Under the pieces are notes generated by a model. It searched no databases. It saw only the letters and a program-made list of their open reading frames with translations, and was not told the origin of the DNA. A stretch of 64,000 bases of DNA from an uncultured Planctomycetota bacterium (GTDB lineage Bacteria > Planctomycetota > Planctomycetia > Isosphaerales > Isosphaeraceae): positions 6,688,001 to 6,752,000 of the forward strand of contig CAVTTN010000002.1 in the NCBI GenBank assembly GCA_963737655.1. Direction: 5' to 3'. The position numbers and the translations under genes were made by a program. Below are positions 54,597 through 64,000 of this stretch, piece by piece. Numbering within the stretch: position 1 is the first letter of the stretch; each line of letters opens with the position of its first letter.

Positions 54597-54620
54597 TATC
54601 CACCGAGGGCGCGGATCTGA
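54597..54620 (-). promoter_or_regulatory. Putative ECF-3 target promoter TCAG-N15-GGATA
   Basis: Minus strand gcctcag-atccgcgccctcggt-ggatatag, ~200 bp upstream of ATG 54390. Confidence 0.6.
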
Positions 54621-55097
54621 GGCGAAATTTCGGAGATAATCGCACGTCTTGAGGGAGACCCCCCGCGTCAATCCTCGAACGTCACGCGCCCTTGCCCCGC
54701 CACTCCAACGAGGCCCTGGGTGTACTTGGAGCGGGGAGGAGGCCCCATCCCCAAGATTCACGGGTGGATAGAATGCGACCCGGTCAGCGTCTTTCCCGGT
54801 TCCCGGCGGAATCGCGCGTGGTGGGAGGCCGCCCCGTCTCGTCGCTGGGGATGCGGCCAGGGAATGACCTCTTGGGGGGCAGGAACGCCCTCCTCCCCTC
54901 CCGCCTTCGTCTCCGCTTCCCGCCGGATACTTGGGGTTCAAGCGAAGGTGAAGGCGCGGGTGACCCCGATTGCGGAGCCGGGGCCAACCCCGGTTCACGG
55001 CTTCGCGCCGACGGATTCCGCGGAATGAAGCGTTCACGGCCAGAACGCGGATATTGAGGTGCGGGGCAGGCCGAGAGGGGAATCGAAAGCCTGGGAT

Positions 55098-56628
55098 CGA
55101 AAAAAACTAGGGTGGCAAAGTTTCCTTGATCAAGGCATCTTCAAGTTCCCGGAGATACACGGCCGGGTCGCGGCGGAACCGCCGGCCCTGTGCCCGCACC
55201 TCCTGGCGCCGCTCCAATCTGGCGAGAAGCTTTCGCCAGGCCTCCAGGTCCGACGGCATCAGGTCCTCGCCTCGAACTTCCCCCCGCAGCCGCGTCGCCA
55301 CCGCCGCCGGAAGCCGCACCGACCCGCGCACCACAAGCCCAGGCGACGCGACCTTCCGGCCGCTGCACCGCCGCTCGTGATACCGGTGCGAGCCGAACGA
55401 CTGCTCCAGGTCGTTGTCCGTCCGCGGCAGGTCCGCCACGTCGTAGCAGTGGAACAACCCCGGCCAATCGCTCCGCGTCACCTTCCGGAAGTGCCCCGGC
55501 GCCCCGCTCAGATCCCCGGCATGCCCGGCGTTCCGTGCCATCGCGCCCAGCGAGCCCCTGCAGCGCGCCCTCACCGCCGCACCGGTAAGCCCGGCCACGT
55601 TCGCCGGGATCGCCGCGGCCCGGAACACCCAGTCGTAGGCCGCCTCCACCGGCGCCCGCAAGGCCGCCGTCGCCTCCAGGCCACCGGAGAGCAACGACCG
55701 TAACCGTCTCAGGTCGGGCGGGATCCCCCTTTTTCCTCGACCCGGTCGAGGCTCTCCACCACCGCTTTGAGCCGCCCCTTGAGCACCAGCCCCGGGGCCG
55801 ACAGCGGCGGCCGGCCGTCGTCGGTCAACGCGCTGCGGACCGCGGCGCAATACCCCCGGATCGCTTTCGCCTCCGAGTCGTCACGGCCCTCGGCCTTCCG
55901 CTCGATCGGCCGCACCCCGCGGACCTGCTTCTTCAACTCCTTCTTGGCGTGCCGGTCGGCCTCGTAGATCGGCCTGGCCGCCTCGCGGAGGTAATGGAAG
56001 AGGACCTCGCCACCGAGGCAGTCGCGGATCACCCAGAGGACCTCGTGGCCGACGTCGGGCCGGAGGCCGTCGATGGCCAGGATCACCCTCCCGGCGGCCG
56101 CCGTCACCCGGCGCAGGCGTTCGGTGTCGGCGAGCGACAGGGCGAGCCGCTCGTCGTAGCGGTCGAGCAGGTTGGTGACGGTGCGGAGGCAGAGGGGCAC
56201 GCCGCGCCGGGTCAGCTCGGCATGGATCTCGGGGGCGCTGCGGTGCTGGGCGTGCCGCAAGGTCCCGATCAGGGCGACGACGTCGAGGCCGAACTCGTGC
56301 TCCGGCAGGGCGTAACGGCCCTCCTGCTCGGGGCGGAGCGGGACGGCGCGTCGGGGGCATCGGGGGCCGCGACAGCGGCGGACCTGGAGCCGGAGCCGGA
56401 CCGTGCCGCTCAGGGTTGTGACGGACCGCTGGGTCATGTAGGCGGCCCAGAGCGGCGCGCTGCAGGCGGGGCAGGCCCGCGTCAGTGCGGGAAGCTCGAT
56501 GGTCTGATCGGGTTGAGGGCGGGCACTCCGTCGGGCCATGGCAGCACTCCTTGAAGTCGAATTGGCCCAAGGAGTAACAAATACGGGGATCGCCCATCAA
56601 GGAAACTTTGCCACCCTAGTTTTTCTCG
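55098..56628 (-). mobile_element. Insertion sequence (family uncertain) with 33-bp terminal inverted repeats
   Basis: 55098-55130 vs reverse complement of 56596-56628 differ at one base; no clear target duplication. Confidence 0.9.
55107..56539 (-). pseudogene. Transposase in two frames, probably internally deleted
   Basis: CPAC..C..C zinc ribbon, LAIDGL, FHYLRE, LPRTDNDLEQSFG; frame junction at GAAAAAGGGGG (~55730); stop codon lies inside the IR. Confidence 0.75.
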
Positions 56629-56735
56629 TTTGCGGTCTAAATCCCGGCCCCGCAACGAGTTTGAGTCGTCCACGATTCCATCAAATCCCCGCTTGGTATC
56701 CGTTGGGATCATTTCCGGTATCCGCCCGGTGTCCG

Positions 56736-57212
56736 TCAACGGCCGCCGCCCGACTCCGCCTTCGCGCTCGACTTGTTCTTCCGCAGGGCGGTCAACGGGT
56801 TGCCGTTACTGTCATAGAGCGTGACCTGGAAGCTGGCCTCCGAGCTGGCGTCGGCGGAGGACAGGGTCACGGTCAGCCCCAGGCTAACGCCGAAGGTGGC
56901 CGGGGCATAGGTTTCATTGACCTGCCCGCCGTCGGTCGAGAAGACGATCGGGGCGCCGGCGCCGGTCACGTCCCCCATCACGGTCGAGAAGCTCCCCAGG
57001 CCCGCATCGCCCAGGAAGTGATCGACCGTCGCCGTGACGACGCCCGCGCCGGCGGGATTGAGCTGGAGGTCGAGATAGCCCGGCGTCCCGGAGATCGACG
57101 AGGTGTCGATGCTCAGGTCATAGACGAAATCGGCCCGGGCCCGGCCCGGGGCCGCGACCAGCAGGAGGGCCAGCACCAGGGCGGGGCCGATCGTCGTGAA
57201 TCGAGGGGTCAT
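56736..57212 (-). pseudogene. Third PEP-CTERM-family homolog P3, truncated before the PEP-CTERM tail
   Basis: Signal peptide ending RA-D, FVYDLSIDTS..GYLDLQLNP..FQVTLYDSNGNPL, then an unrelated tail. Confidence 0.7.
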
Positions 57213-57300
57213 GGGGCACACGTCCTGTTCGGGAGGGGTCACTCAGGGGGATGGGGCGGCCCGAGGAGGGGCCGCCCGACGCGTTTCTCGGGCCGAGGTC

Positions 57301-60300
57301 TCAACCCCAACTGCTCGGGTTGAAGACGCTGCTCGATCCGAAGGCGTTGGTCACGAATGCGGAGTAGATCGTGTTCGCCTTGGAACTGAAGAAGGTCTGA
57401 ATGTCGCCGGCGACGTACCCCGCGCCGTGGAGGACGGCGTACAGGTCCGCCGGATCGACGAGGTTGAAGACGTCCTGGACGGCCGAGCTGACGGAGGTGA
57501 GGTCGTAGCTCAGGCTCTTGAGGATCTGGACGACCTGGCGGGCACTCTGGTTGTAGGCGGACTGGAGGGCGCCCGCCGCCTGGTCCAGGGTGTAGCCGGC
57601 GGACGTCAGGACCCCGACGACGTCCGAGGCCGCCAGGGAGAGGTCGGACTTGAGGGCGGCGGCGACGTCCCCGGCGAGGTATCCGGCCGTCCTGAGCGCC
57701 GAGGCGACCTGCACTTTCGCAACGAGGTACTCGTCCGTGAGGACGCCGGCGATCGTCGAGAGCGTCTGGCCGGCGTCTTGCAGGTCCGCGGCCACCAGGG
57801 CCTCGGTCTGATGGTACAGTTCATCCAGGACGCGACCGATGTCGGAGGCCCCGGCCAGGATGCCCGACTTGATGTCCGAGGTCCATTGCCCGAGGTTGTT
57901 CGTGTAGAAGCTCGAGAAGAGCGAGGTGGCATCGGCCGAGATGGCATCGACGGCCTGCCCGGCCAGCGCGGCGAAGGTGCCCGGGCTGGCGCTCAGGGGC
58001 AGGGTGAGGAGGGAGGGCACGCTCAGCCTGGTGCCCTCGAACGTGAATCCGCCGCCGAGGCCCAGGCTGAAGGAACCCGTGCCGTTGCCGGAGCCGGCGG
58101 ACACGGTGATCGTGCCGCTGAAGCCGGCCTGGAGGTGGATCGACCCCAGGTCCACTTCGACCGGCAGGAAATTCTTGCTGCCGGGGATGTCGATCGGCCC
58201 GACCTCGGCGTCGATCCCGAAGGCGATCGAGGACGTGCCGCCGAAGGCCCAGGACGGCGAGGACGTGTCGAGGCCCACGAGGTTGACATACAGGCCGACC
58301 CCGAGGCTGACCCCGGGGACGAAGACCTGCCCGGCGATGTTGAACCGCTCGGTGGACGGGCCCCAGGCCAGGGTCGTGACGATCGACGTTCCCAGGTCCA
58401 TCCCGAAGAGCGACCCGGAGGCCGTCAGCGACAGCCCCGAGGTGTTGAAGGAGAAGGCGCCGGTGAGATCGACCAGGGAGGAGGACGACGACACCTGGCC
58501 GAGGGTCAGCTCGGCGGACCCGCTCACGGTCGCGGTGCTGGTGGCGACGGACACGGTGCCGTCGAGCCGCCCCAGGCCGACCGGGAGTGCGGCGTCGAGG
58601 CCCATCCGATAGTTGCCGGCGCCCCAGTCGAGCGCGACGTCGAACGCGATGGAGCCGAGATTCCCGGTGCCCAATGTCCCCGTGGCGGAGAGGTCCAGGC
58701 CCTTCGAGTTGACGGACACGGCCCCGCCCGCCGTGATGAGCTTGGAACTCCCCGCCTTCGCGGTGAAGCTCGCCGTGCCGCTGATCCCCGCGCCGGCGTA
58801 GGCCAGGCTGCCGCTGAGATCCAGCTGGGCCGCGGCGCCGGTGCCGAGATTGTAGTCGAAGGCGACGGAGTCCGCGACCGTCGATCCCCAGTTCACGTCC
58901 AGGAAGCCCTGGCCGAGCGTGCCGCCGGCCACCGAGACATTCCCGGTCACGCTCATCAGGGAGCCGTTGATCAGGAGGGTGCCGTTGGCGTCGATCAACG
59001 GGACCGACACGCCCGGGATCCGGCCGAACTGGAAGTCTTCGGAGCCGCCGATGGAGTAGCCCGTCCTGGGGTCGTCCCTCAGGGTGAGGTTGCCGGAGAG
59101 CTCCGCCTGCCCCCCGAACCCCAAAAGATCGATCGTCATCGACGAGATGGCCGCGCTGCTCCAGCTCAGGTCCATCGAGGCGGTCCCGGTGCCGAGGAGT
59201 CCGCCGACCATGCTGGCGGTGCCGACGATGTCCAGCTCGGTCGAGGAGATGGTCACGGTCCCCACCTCGGTGAACAGCGCGTAGGTGCTGCCCTCGTACA
59301 GGACGCTCTCGCCGAAGGTCAGGCCGACGCTGGCGGAGACCACGACCGTCGAGGTACCGGGGTTCAGGATCGCCCCGGACAGCGAGGTGATGTAGAAGCC
59401 GGAGGCGCCGACGGGGATGCCCGGCGACTGCTCGTAGCCCAGCTCGATCTCCTGGAGGACGCCGTTGGAGAAGTCGAGCTCGCCGTTGACGACCAGGCCG
59501 GGTTCCAGCTGGACGCTGCCGCCCGCGTCAATCGTGATCGTCCCGGCGACGTCCCGGTACAGGACGCTCAGGGTCGTGAAATCGACGGCCCCGGGGGAGA
59601 CGGTCACGCTCAGATCCAGCCCATCGACCTGGACCGCGCCGGTCTTCGTGTTGATGGTCAGGCCCGAGTCGGGCAGCGTCACGGTGCCGGAGATCACCGA
59701 GCCCAGGCTGAGCGTGGCCCCACCGGTGACCTGGAGGTAGGAATGGGCCGGGTCGTAGGACACCCCCAACTCGTTGAACGCCAGGGACGTCGGCCCCAGG
59801 GTGATCCCCCCGCTGTGGAGGGTCAGGTTCAGGGTCTGGAGCGACCAGTCCTGGAGGACCAGCCCCGGACTGTTCGGGTCGTCGCCGAAGTCCGCCGCCA
59901 CATGATTGACAATCCCCCCGAGCGTGCTGACGGTCGCCGTCCCGAACAGCGAGAAGTGGGAATGGGGGTCGGTCGCCGTCGCGGCGAGGTAGCTCACGCC
60001 CAGGTCGGTGTCGTCGAGCGTGAGGCCGAAGCGCTGGATTTCCTGGGTGGACTTCACGATCCCGTCGAATTTGGTGAGGTCTCCGCCGGAGATCACGATC
60101 CCGGCGGTCTGATGGAGGACGGTGTCGATGGTGTCCTGGCCGCCGAGATCGACCGCGATTTCAACGCTGTGATCCTTGCTGCTCACGCTGGCGTTGCCCG
60201 CGACGCTGAAGAAGCCGCCGTTAGCCGGCGAGTACTGGAAATCGAGGTTCACGATCTGGATCGACCCCGCGCCGCCCGCCAGTTTGATGTTGGCGGACAC

Positions 60301-63300
60301 GCTGGCATCGAAATGCGTGAGCTGCCCGTTCCTGACCACGATCCCCGGGGTGGGGACGCCGTCCGCCGTGAGGCCGCCGAAGTCGATGTCGAGGTAGACC
60401 CCCGCGCTCCGGATCGGGAGGAAGGCGTTGCCGGTGATGGCGAAGGTGTCGTTACTCGCGGTGTAGACGAGTTGGAGTTGCTCGAAATTGAAAGTCATCC
60501 CGGCCACGGTGAAGCCGGCGATCACGGAGGCATCGAAGTGGTCGAGCTGGCCCGCGACGACCTCGAAGTCGAGGTCGGCATGGAACCCCTGGAGGCCCGG
60601 GATATTCAGGCCACTGTGCCCGGTCACTTCGTAGCTCCCGCCGTTGTCCGTCGCGTAGGCGAGGTTCAGGTTCGGATTGCTGACCGTGACCCCGGCGAGC
60701 ACGACGCTGGCGCCGCAGCCCACGCTGAAGGGCTGGACCACGCCGTTCTGGATCTCCAGGCTGGAACCCGCGATGTCGCTGCCCGAGCCGAGCTGGGCGG
60801 TGATCGTGAGGGTGGCGATCGACGGGGTGGTGAAGGTCGTCGAGCCGGCGATGGCGAAGGTCCCGCCCGCGGCCGTCGTGTAGGCCAGGGTCAAGCCCGA
60901 GGCGGCCACGGACATGCCTCCCAGGACGAAGGGGCCGGAGACCGACGCCCCCAGGGCCGAGAACGAGCCGCCCGAGATCATTAGTCCGGCCGTGGCCACG
61001 TTATTGACCTTGCCGCCCAGGACGACCGGCAGGGACGGGTCGGAGGAGACCGCCGGGTCGGTCAGGGTCGCGGCGCCGGTCACAGTGAAGGTCCCGGCGT
61101 TCGCGGGCGAGAACGCCACCGCCAGGCCCGCCGTGGAGAAGGTGTAGCCGCCCAGGCTCGGGGCGCCCACCGACGCGGTGGCCGTGGCCCCGAACGGCTG
61201 GGGCACGCCGTTCATGAGCTGGAGGCCCGCGCCTGCCGTCCCGAGCGTCAGGGGCAGGTCGGGGAGGCCGGCGAAGCTCGGGAACTTGATGTCGGTCTTC
61301 CCGGAAAGGGTGTAGGTGCCGTTGTTGGCCGGGGCGTAGACGATCTCCAGGGCCGAGGCGTCGAACGACGCACCGTCCAGGGTGAAGGAGCCCGTCATCG
61401 CCGAGTCCAGGGTCACCGTACTGCCCGAGATCACCAGCCCGGCCGTCGGCTGGCCCGCCCCCGGGACCGTCCCGCCCAGGACGGCCGTCAGCGACGGCCC
61501 GCCGGTCAGCGAGGGGTCCGTTACCGTGGTCGTGCCCTTGATGGTGAAGGCCCCCAGGGCCGGATTCGAATCGGTCACGGTCAGGGCCGAGGCGTCGAAC
61601 GCGAGGCCGCCCAGGCTGATCGAGCCGGAGAGGGTCCCTCCGACCTGGGTCAGCACCCCGTTCTGGATGGAGAGCCCGTTCCCGACCGAGGTCGGCAGAG
61701 GGATCGCGAGCGTGAGCGGCCCGGCCGTCAGCAGGGCGTCCCCGCTGATCGTGAACGTCCCGGAGTTCGCGGTCGAATAGCCCAGCGTCAGGCTGGTCCT
61801 GGCGGCGAGGCTCCCCCCGGGTACGGTCAGGCCGGTCAGGGTGCCGGCGACCGTGCCGAGCGACCCGTTGGTGATCACCACGCCGGCGTTGGCGGAGTTC
61901 GTGCCGAACTGGACGGTCGCGCCGGTGAGGTTGGCGACCCCGGAGATCACCGCGGCGCCGAAGATCCGGTAGCTGGCCTGGCCCGTCCCGCCCGGCGGCG
62001 GGGTGACGACGGCCCGGAGGTTCGTCGACGTGAACGTCACGTTCCCGAGGGTGAACGAGGTGAGGGTCGAGTTCGCGCCGAAGACCATCCTCACCCCGCC
62101 CGAGGTGACCACGGTCCCGATGGGGGGCACGGTGGTCGCGGCCGGGGCGTTGGGGTCGGAGAAGACCCGGGGCGAATAGGAGATCGCCCCGTTGGTCGGG
62201 TTGCTGGAGGTCAGGCCGATCTGGAAGGACCCGCCGGCGGCGAGCGAGGCGATCGACCCGGGGATCGCCAGGAGGGGGACGCCGCTCGGCGCCGTCTGGA
62301 CGGTCAGGGCCGTGGTCGTCCCGGCGTTCAGGAGGGTGGCCGACTGGAGGACGGCCGTCGAGGGCAGCCCCGCCAGCAGGACGCGGAACGGGCCCGAGAG
62401 CGGGCCGCTCGTCGTGTTGGTCAGGGTCAGGGTGCCGGTCGTCAGCCGGGTGATCGGATTGCCGTGGAACGGGCCCTGGGCGGCCGAGAGGCCGGTCGTG
62501 AGGTCGGCCGCCACGTCGATCGCGATGGCGCCGGGCGCAGTCGGGACGGTCGCCTTCAGGTATCCCAGCGTCACGACCGGATAGGCCATGCCCGGATGGG
62601 CCAGGCCCGAGGAGGTCTGGAAGACATGGTTGCCGGAGACCGTCACCATCCCGTTCGTCACGGCGATCGTCACCGGCGAGTTGGTGCCGCCCGAGGAGTC
62701 GAATTTGCCGTCGCCCCAGGAGACGGTCGCGCTATAGGCGGCGGGGTCCGTCGAGGCGCCGACGGCGCGGAAGGTCGCCAGGGCCTGGGTCCCGGTGGAT
62801 TGGCCCTGCATGGCCGAGAACGCGCCCGTGAGGCTCACGGTGATCCCGGGGGTCACGTCGAACGCCCCGGTCTTCGCGGCCGTCAGGCTGCCGGCGGAGG
62901 CGGCCAGCGTGTACGACCCGGCGGTCGCCAGGACCAGGTTGGGGAAGGTCGCGACCCCGTTCACGGCGTTGAGCGTGGTCGCGGCGCCCGCCTGTCCGCC
63001 AGAGGGGGTGGCCGTCAGCGCCACGGAGGCCGAGCTGGTGGTCACCAGGTTGCCATACAAGTCCTCCACGTCCACCACGACGGCCGGGTTCAGGGCCTGT
63101 CCCGTCGCGGCGGTCCCCGGGGTCGCGCCGAACACCAGTTTGTTCGCCGTGGTCGGCGCCACCAGGAGGCTGGTCGAGGGAGAATTGGCGAGCCCGGTCG
63201 AGGTCGCCGTGATCCCGTAGTTCCCCGCCGTGTTGAGGATGAGGCCCGAGAACTTGGCGTCGCCACTAGAGGTCATGGCCGTGGGCGTGCCGCCGACGAA

Positions 63301-64000
63301 ATTGCCGGGGCCGTTGAGCGTCAGGCTCACACTGGTCGAACTGGTGGTCAGCTGGTTGCCGAACTGGTCCTCCACAAGCACGTGGATGAGGGGGCTCAGG
63401 GAAATGCCGGCGGTCGCCGTCGCCGGGGCGGTGACGATCGCGAGCTGGCTCGCCCCGGCGGGCGCCTCCTTGAACGAGGACGAGGCCGGCGAGGTCAGAG
63501 AGGCGGTCGAGGCCGTCAGGGTGTAGCTGCCGGCGGTGTCGAGGACGAGGTTCGGGAACGTCACCACGCCCAGGACGGGGGCCGCGACCAGGACGCTCTC
63601 GGGCGTGAACGAGTGGGTCCCGTTGACCGCCAGGGACACCACGTCCGTGCTGGTGGTCACCACGTTGTTGTAGGCGTCCCACAGCGTGACCAGGACCGAG
63701 GAGGAGAGCGGCTGGCCGGCCGTCGTCGTCTTCGTCGGGACCTGCGTGATCCCGAGGGAGGCGACCGTCCCCGGCGAGACGACGACCGACAGGGGCGTCG
63801 CGGTCGTGATGCTGCCGGACCTGGCCGTCGGGGTATAGGTCCCCGCGGTTTGCAGGACCAGGCTGGAGAACGTCGCCACGCCGTTCACCGCATTGACCGT
63901 CGACGTGCCGGCGAGGACGCCGGGGCCGTTGACCGTGAGGGCGACCGACCCCGAGGCGGAGGTGATCAGGTTGCCGTAGGAGTCCTCCAGGCCGACCTGG
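57301..64000 (-). CDS. Giant extracellular protein (>2200 aa, 5' end outside the window)
   Basis: Ig-like repeats (NGVATF..L.L.TAG.YTL), PKD-like WGDG, internal copy of the ~115-aa domain, long beta-rich region, C-terminal helical repeats. Confidence 0.9.
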   Translation of the reverse strand, partial: QVGLEDSYGNLITSASGSVALTVNGPGVLAGTSTVNAVNGVATFSSLVLQTAGTYTPTARSGSITTATPLSVVVSPGTVASLGITQVPTKTTTAGQPLSSSVLVTLWDAYNNVVTTSTDVVSLAVNGTHSFTPESVLVAAPVLGVVTFPNLVLDTAGSYTLTASTASLTSPASSSFKEAPAGASQLAIVTAPATATAGISLSPLIHVLVEDQFGNQLTTSSTSVSLTLNGPGNFVGGTPTAMTSSGDAKFSGLILNTAGNYGITATSTGLANSPSTSLLVAPTTANKLVFGATPGTAATGQALNPAVVVDVEDLYGNLVTTSSASVALTATPSGGQAGAATTLNAVNGVATFPNLVLATAGSYTLAASAGSLTAAKTGAFDVTPGITVSLTGAFSAMQGQSTGTQALATFRAVGASTDPAAYSATVSWGDGKFDSSGGTNSPVTIAVTNGMVTVSGNHVFQTSSGLAHPGMAYPVVTLGYLKATVPTAPGAIAIDVAADLTTGLSAAQGPFHGNPITRLTTGTLTLTNTTSGPLSGPFRVLLAGLPSTAVLQSATLLNAGTTTALTVQTAPSGVPLLAIPGSIASLAAGGSFQIGLTSSNPTNGAISYSPRVFSDPNAPAATTVPPIGTVVTSGGVRMVFGANSTLTSFTLGNVTFTSTNLRAVVTPPPGGTGQASYRIFGAAVISGVANLTGATVQFGTNSANAGVVITNGSLGTVAGTLTGLTVPGGSLAARTSLTLGYSTANSGTFTISGDALLTAGPLTLAIPLPTSVGNGLSIQNGVLTQVGGTLSGSISLGGLAFDASALTVTDSNPALGAFTIKGTTTVTDPSLTGGPSLTAVLGGTVPGAGQPTAGLVISGSTVTLDSAMTGSFTLDGASFDASALEIVYAPANNGTYTLSGKTDIKFPSFAGLPDLPLTLGTAGAGLQLMNGVPQPFGATATASVGAPSLGGYTFSTAGLAVAFSPANAGTFTVTGAATLTDPAVSSDPSLPVVLGGKVNNVATAGLMISGGSFSALGASVSGPFVLGGMSVAASGLTLAYTTAAGGTFAIAGSTTFTTPSIATLTITAQLGSGSDIAGSSLEIQNGVVQPFSVGCGASVVLAGVTVSNPNLNLAYATDNGGSYEVTGHSGLNIPGLQGFHADLDFEVVAGQLDHFDASVIAGFTVAGMTFNFEQLQLVYTASNDTFAITGNAFLPIRSAGVYLDIDFGGLTADGVPTPGIVVRNGQLTHFDASVSANIKLAGGAGSIQIVNLDFQYSPANGGFFSVAGNASVSSKDHSVEIAVDLGGQDTIDTVLHQTAGIVISGGDLTKFDGIVKSTQEIQRFGLTLDDTDLGVSYLAATATDPHSHFSLFGTATVSTLGGIVNHVAADFGDDPNSPGLVLQDWSLQTLNLTLHSGGITLGPTSLAFNELGVSYDPAHSYLQVTGGATLSLGSVISGTVTLPDSGLTINTKTGAVQVDGLDLSVTVSPGAVDFTTLSVLYRDVAGTITIDAGGSVQLEPGLVVNGELDFSNGVLQEIELGYEQSPGIPVGASGFYITSLSGAILNPGTSTVVVSASVGLTFGESVLYEGSTYALFTEVGTVTISSTELDIVGTASMVGGLLGTGTASMDLSWSSAAISSMTIDLLGFGGQAELSGNLTLRDDPRTGYSIGGSEDFQFGRIPGVSVPLIDANGTLLINGSLMSVTGNVSVAGGTLGQGFLDVNWGSTVADSVAFDYNLGTGAAAQLDLSGSLAYAGAGISGTASFTAKAGSSKLITAGGAVSVNSKGLDLSATGTLGTGNLGSIAFDVALDWGAGNYRMGLDAALPVGLGRLDGTVSVATSTATVSGSAELTLGQVSSSSSLVDLTGAFSFNTSGLSLTASGSLFGMDLGTSIVTTLAWGPSTERFNIAGQVFVPGVSLGVGLYVNLVGLDTSSPSWAFGGTSSIAFGIDAEVGPIDIPGSKNFLPVEVDLGSIHLQAGFSGTITVSAGSGNGTGSFSLGLGGGFTFEGTRLSVPSLLTLPLSASPGTFAALAGQAVDAISADATSLFSSFYTNNLGQWTSDIKSGILAGASDIGRVLDELYHQTEALVAADLQDAGQTLSTIAGVLTDEYLVAKVQVASALRTAGYLAGDVAAALKSDLSLAASDVVGVLTSAGYTLDQAAGALQSAYNQSARQVVQILKSLSYDLTSVSSAVQDVFNLVDPADLYAVLHGAGYVAGDIQTFFSSKANTIYSAFVTNAFGSSSVFNPSSWG

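Larger units (their letters stand above)
15090..64000. mobile_element. Putative decaying genomic island; right boundary not seen
   Basis: Starts with an integrase after the small-RNA terminator; contains several IS/remnants, pseudogenes and paralogous cassettes, and no core genes. Confidence 0.55.

Overview
High-GC window with Planctomycetota (Isosphaeraceae-like) hallmarks; all family names come from recalled motifs, not database searches. The first ~15 kb looks like backbone: a RAYT-type transposase start with REP/REPIN repeats, a stand-alone EF-G, an extended ECF sigma, asnB, a transglutaminase, a DUF1592/DUF1552 pair and a phosphodiesterase. At ~14.95-15.08 kb is a candidate sigma54-driven small RNA, followed by a broken tyrosine integrase and IS debris that open an accessory island running past the window end. 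The island holds three ECF sigma + Ser/Thr kinase pairs, five large extracellular beta-rich proteins and three related PEP-CTERM-type proteins. Main findings: (1) the three large proteins carrying a shared ~115-aa domain each lie directly upstream of one of the PEP-CTERM-type genes, while the two lacking it have no partner, suggesting a two-partner surface-display system; (2) two ECF genes each share a distinct promoter-like motif with a neighbouring surface-protein gene. Many single-base frameshifts are probably assembly errors.
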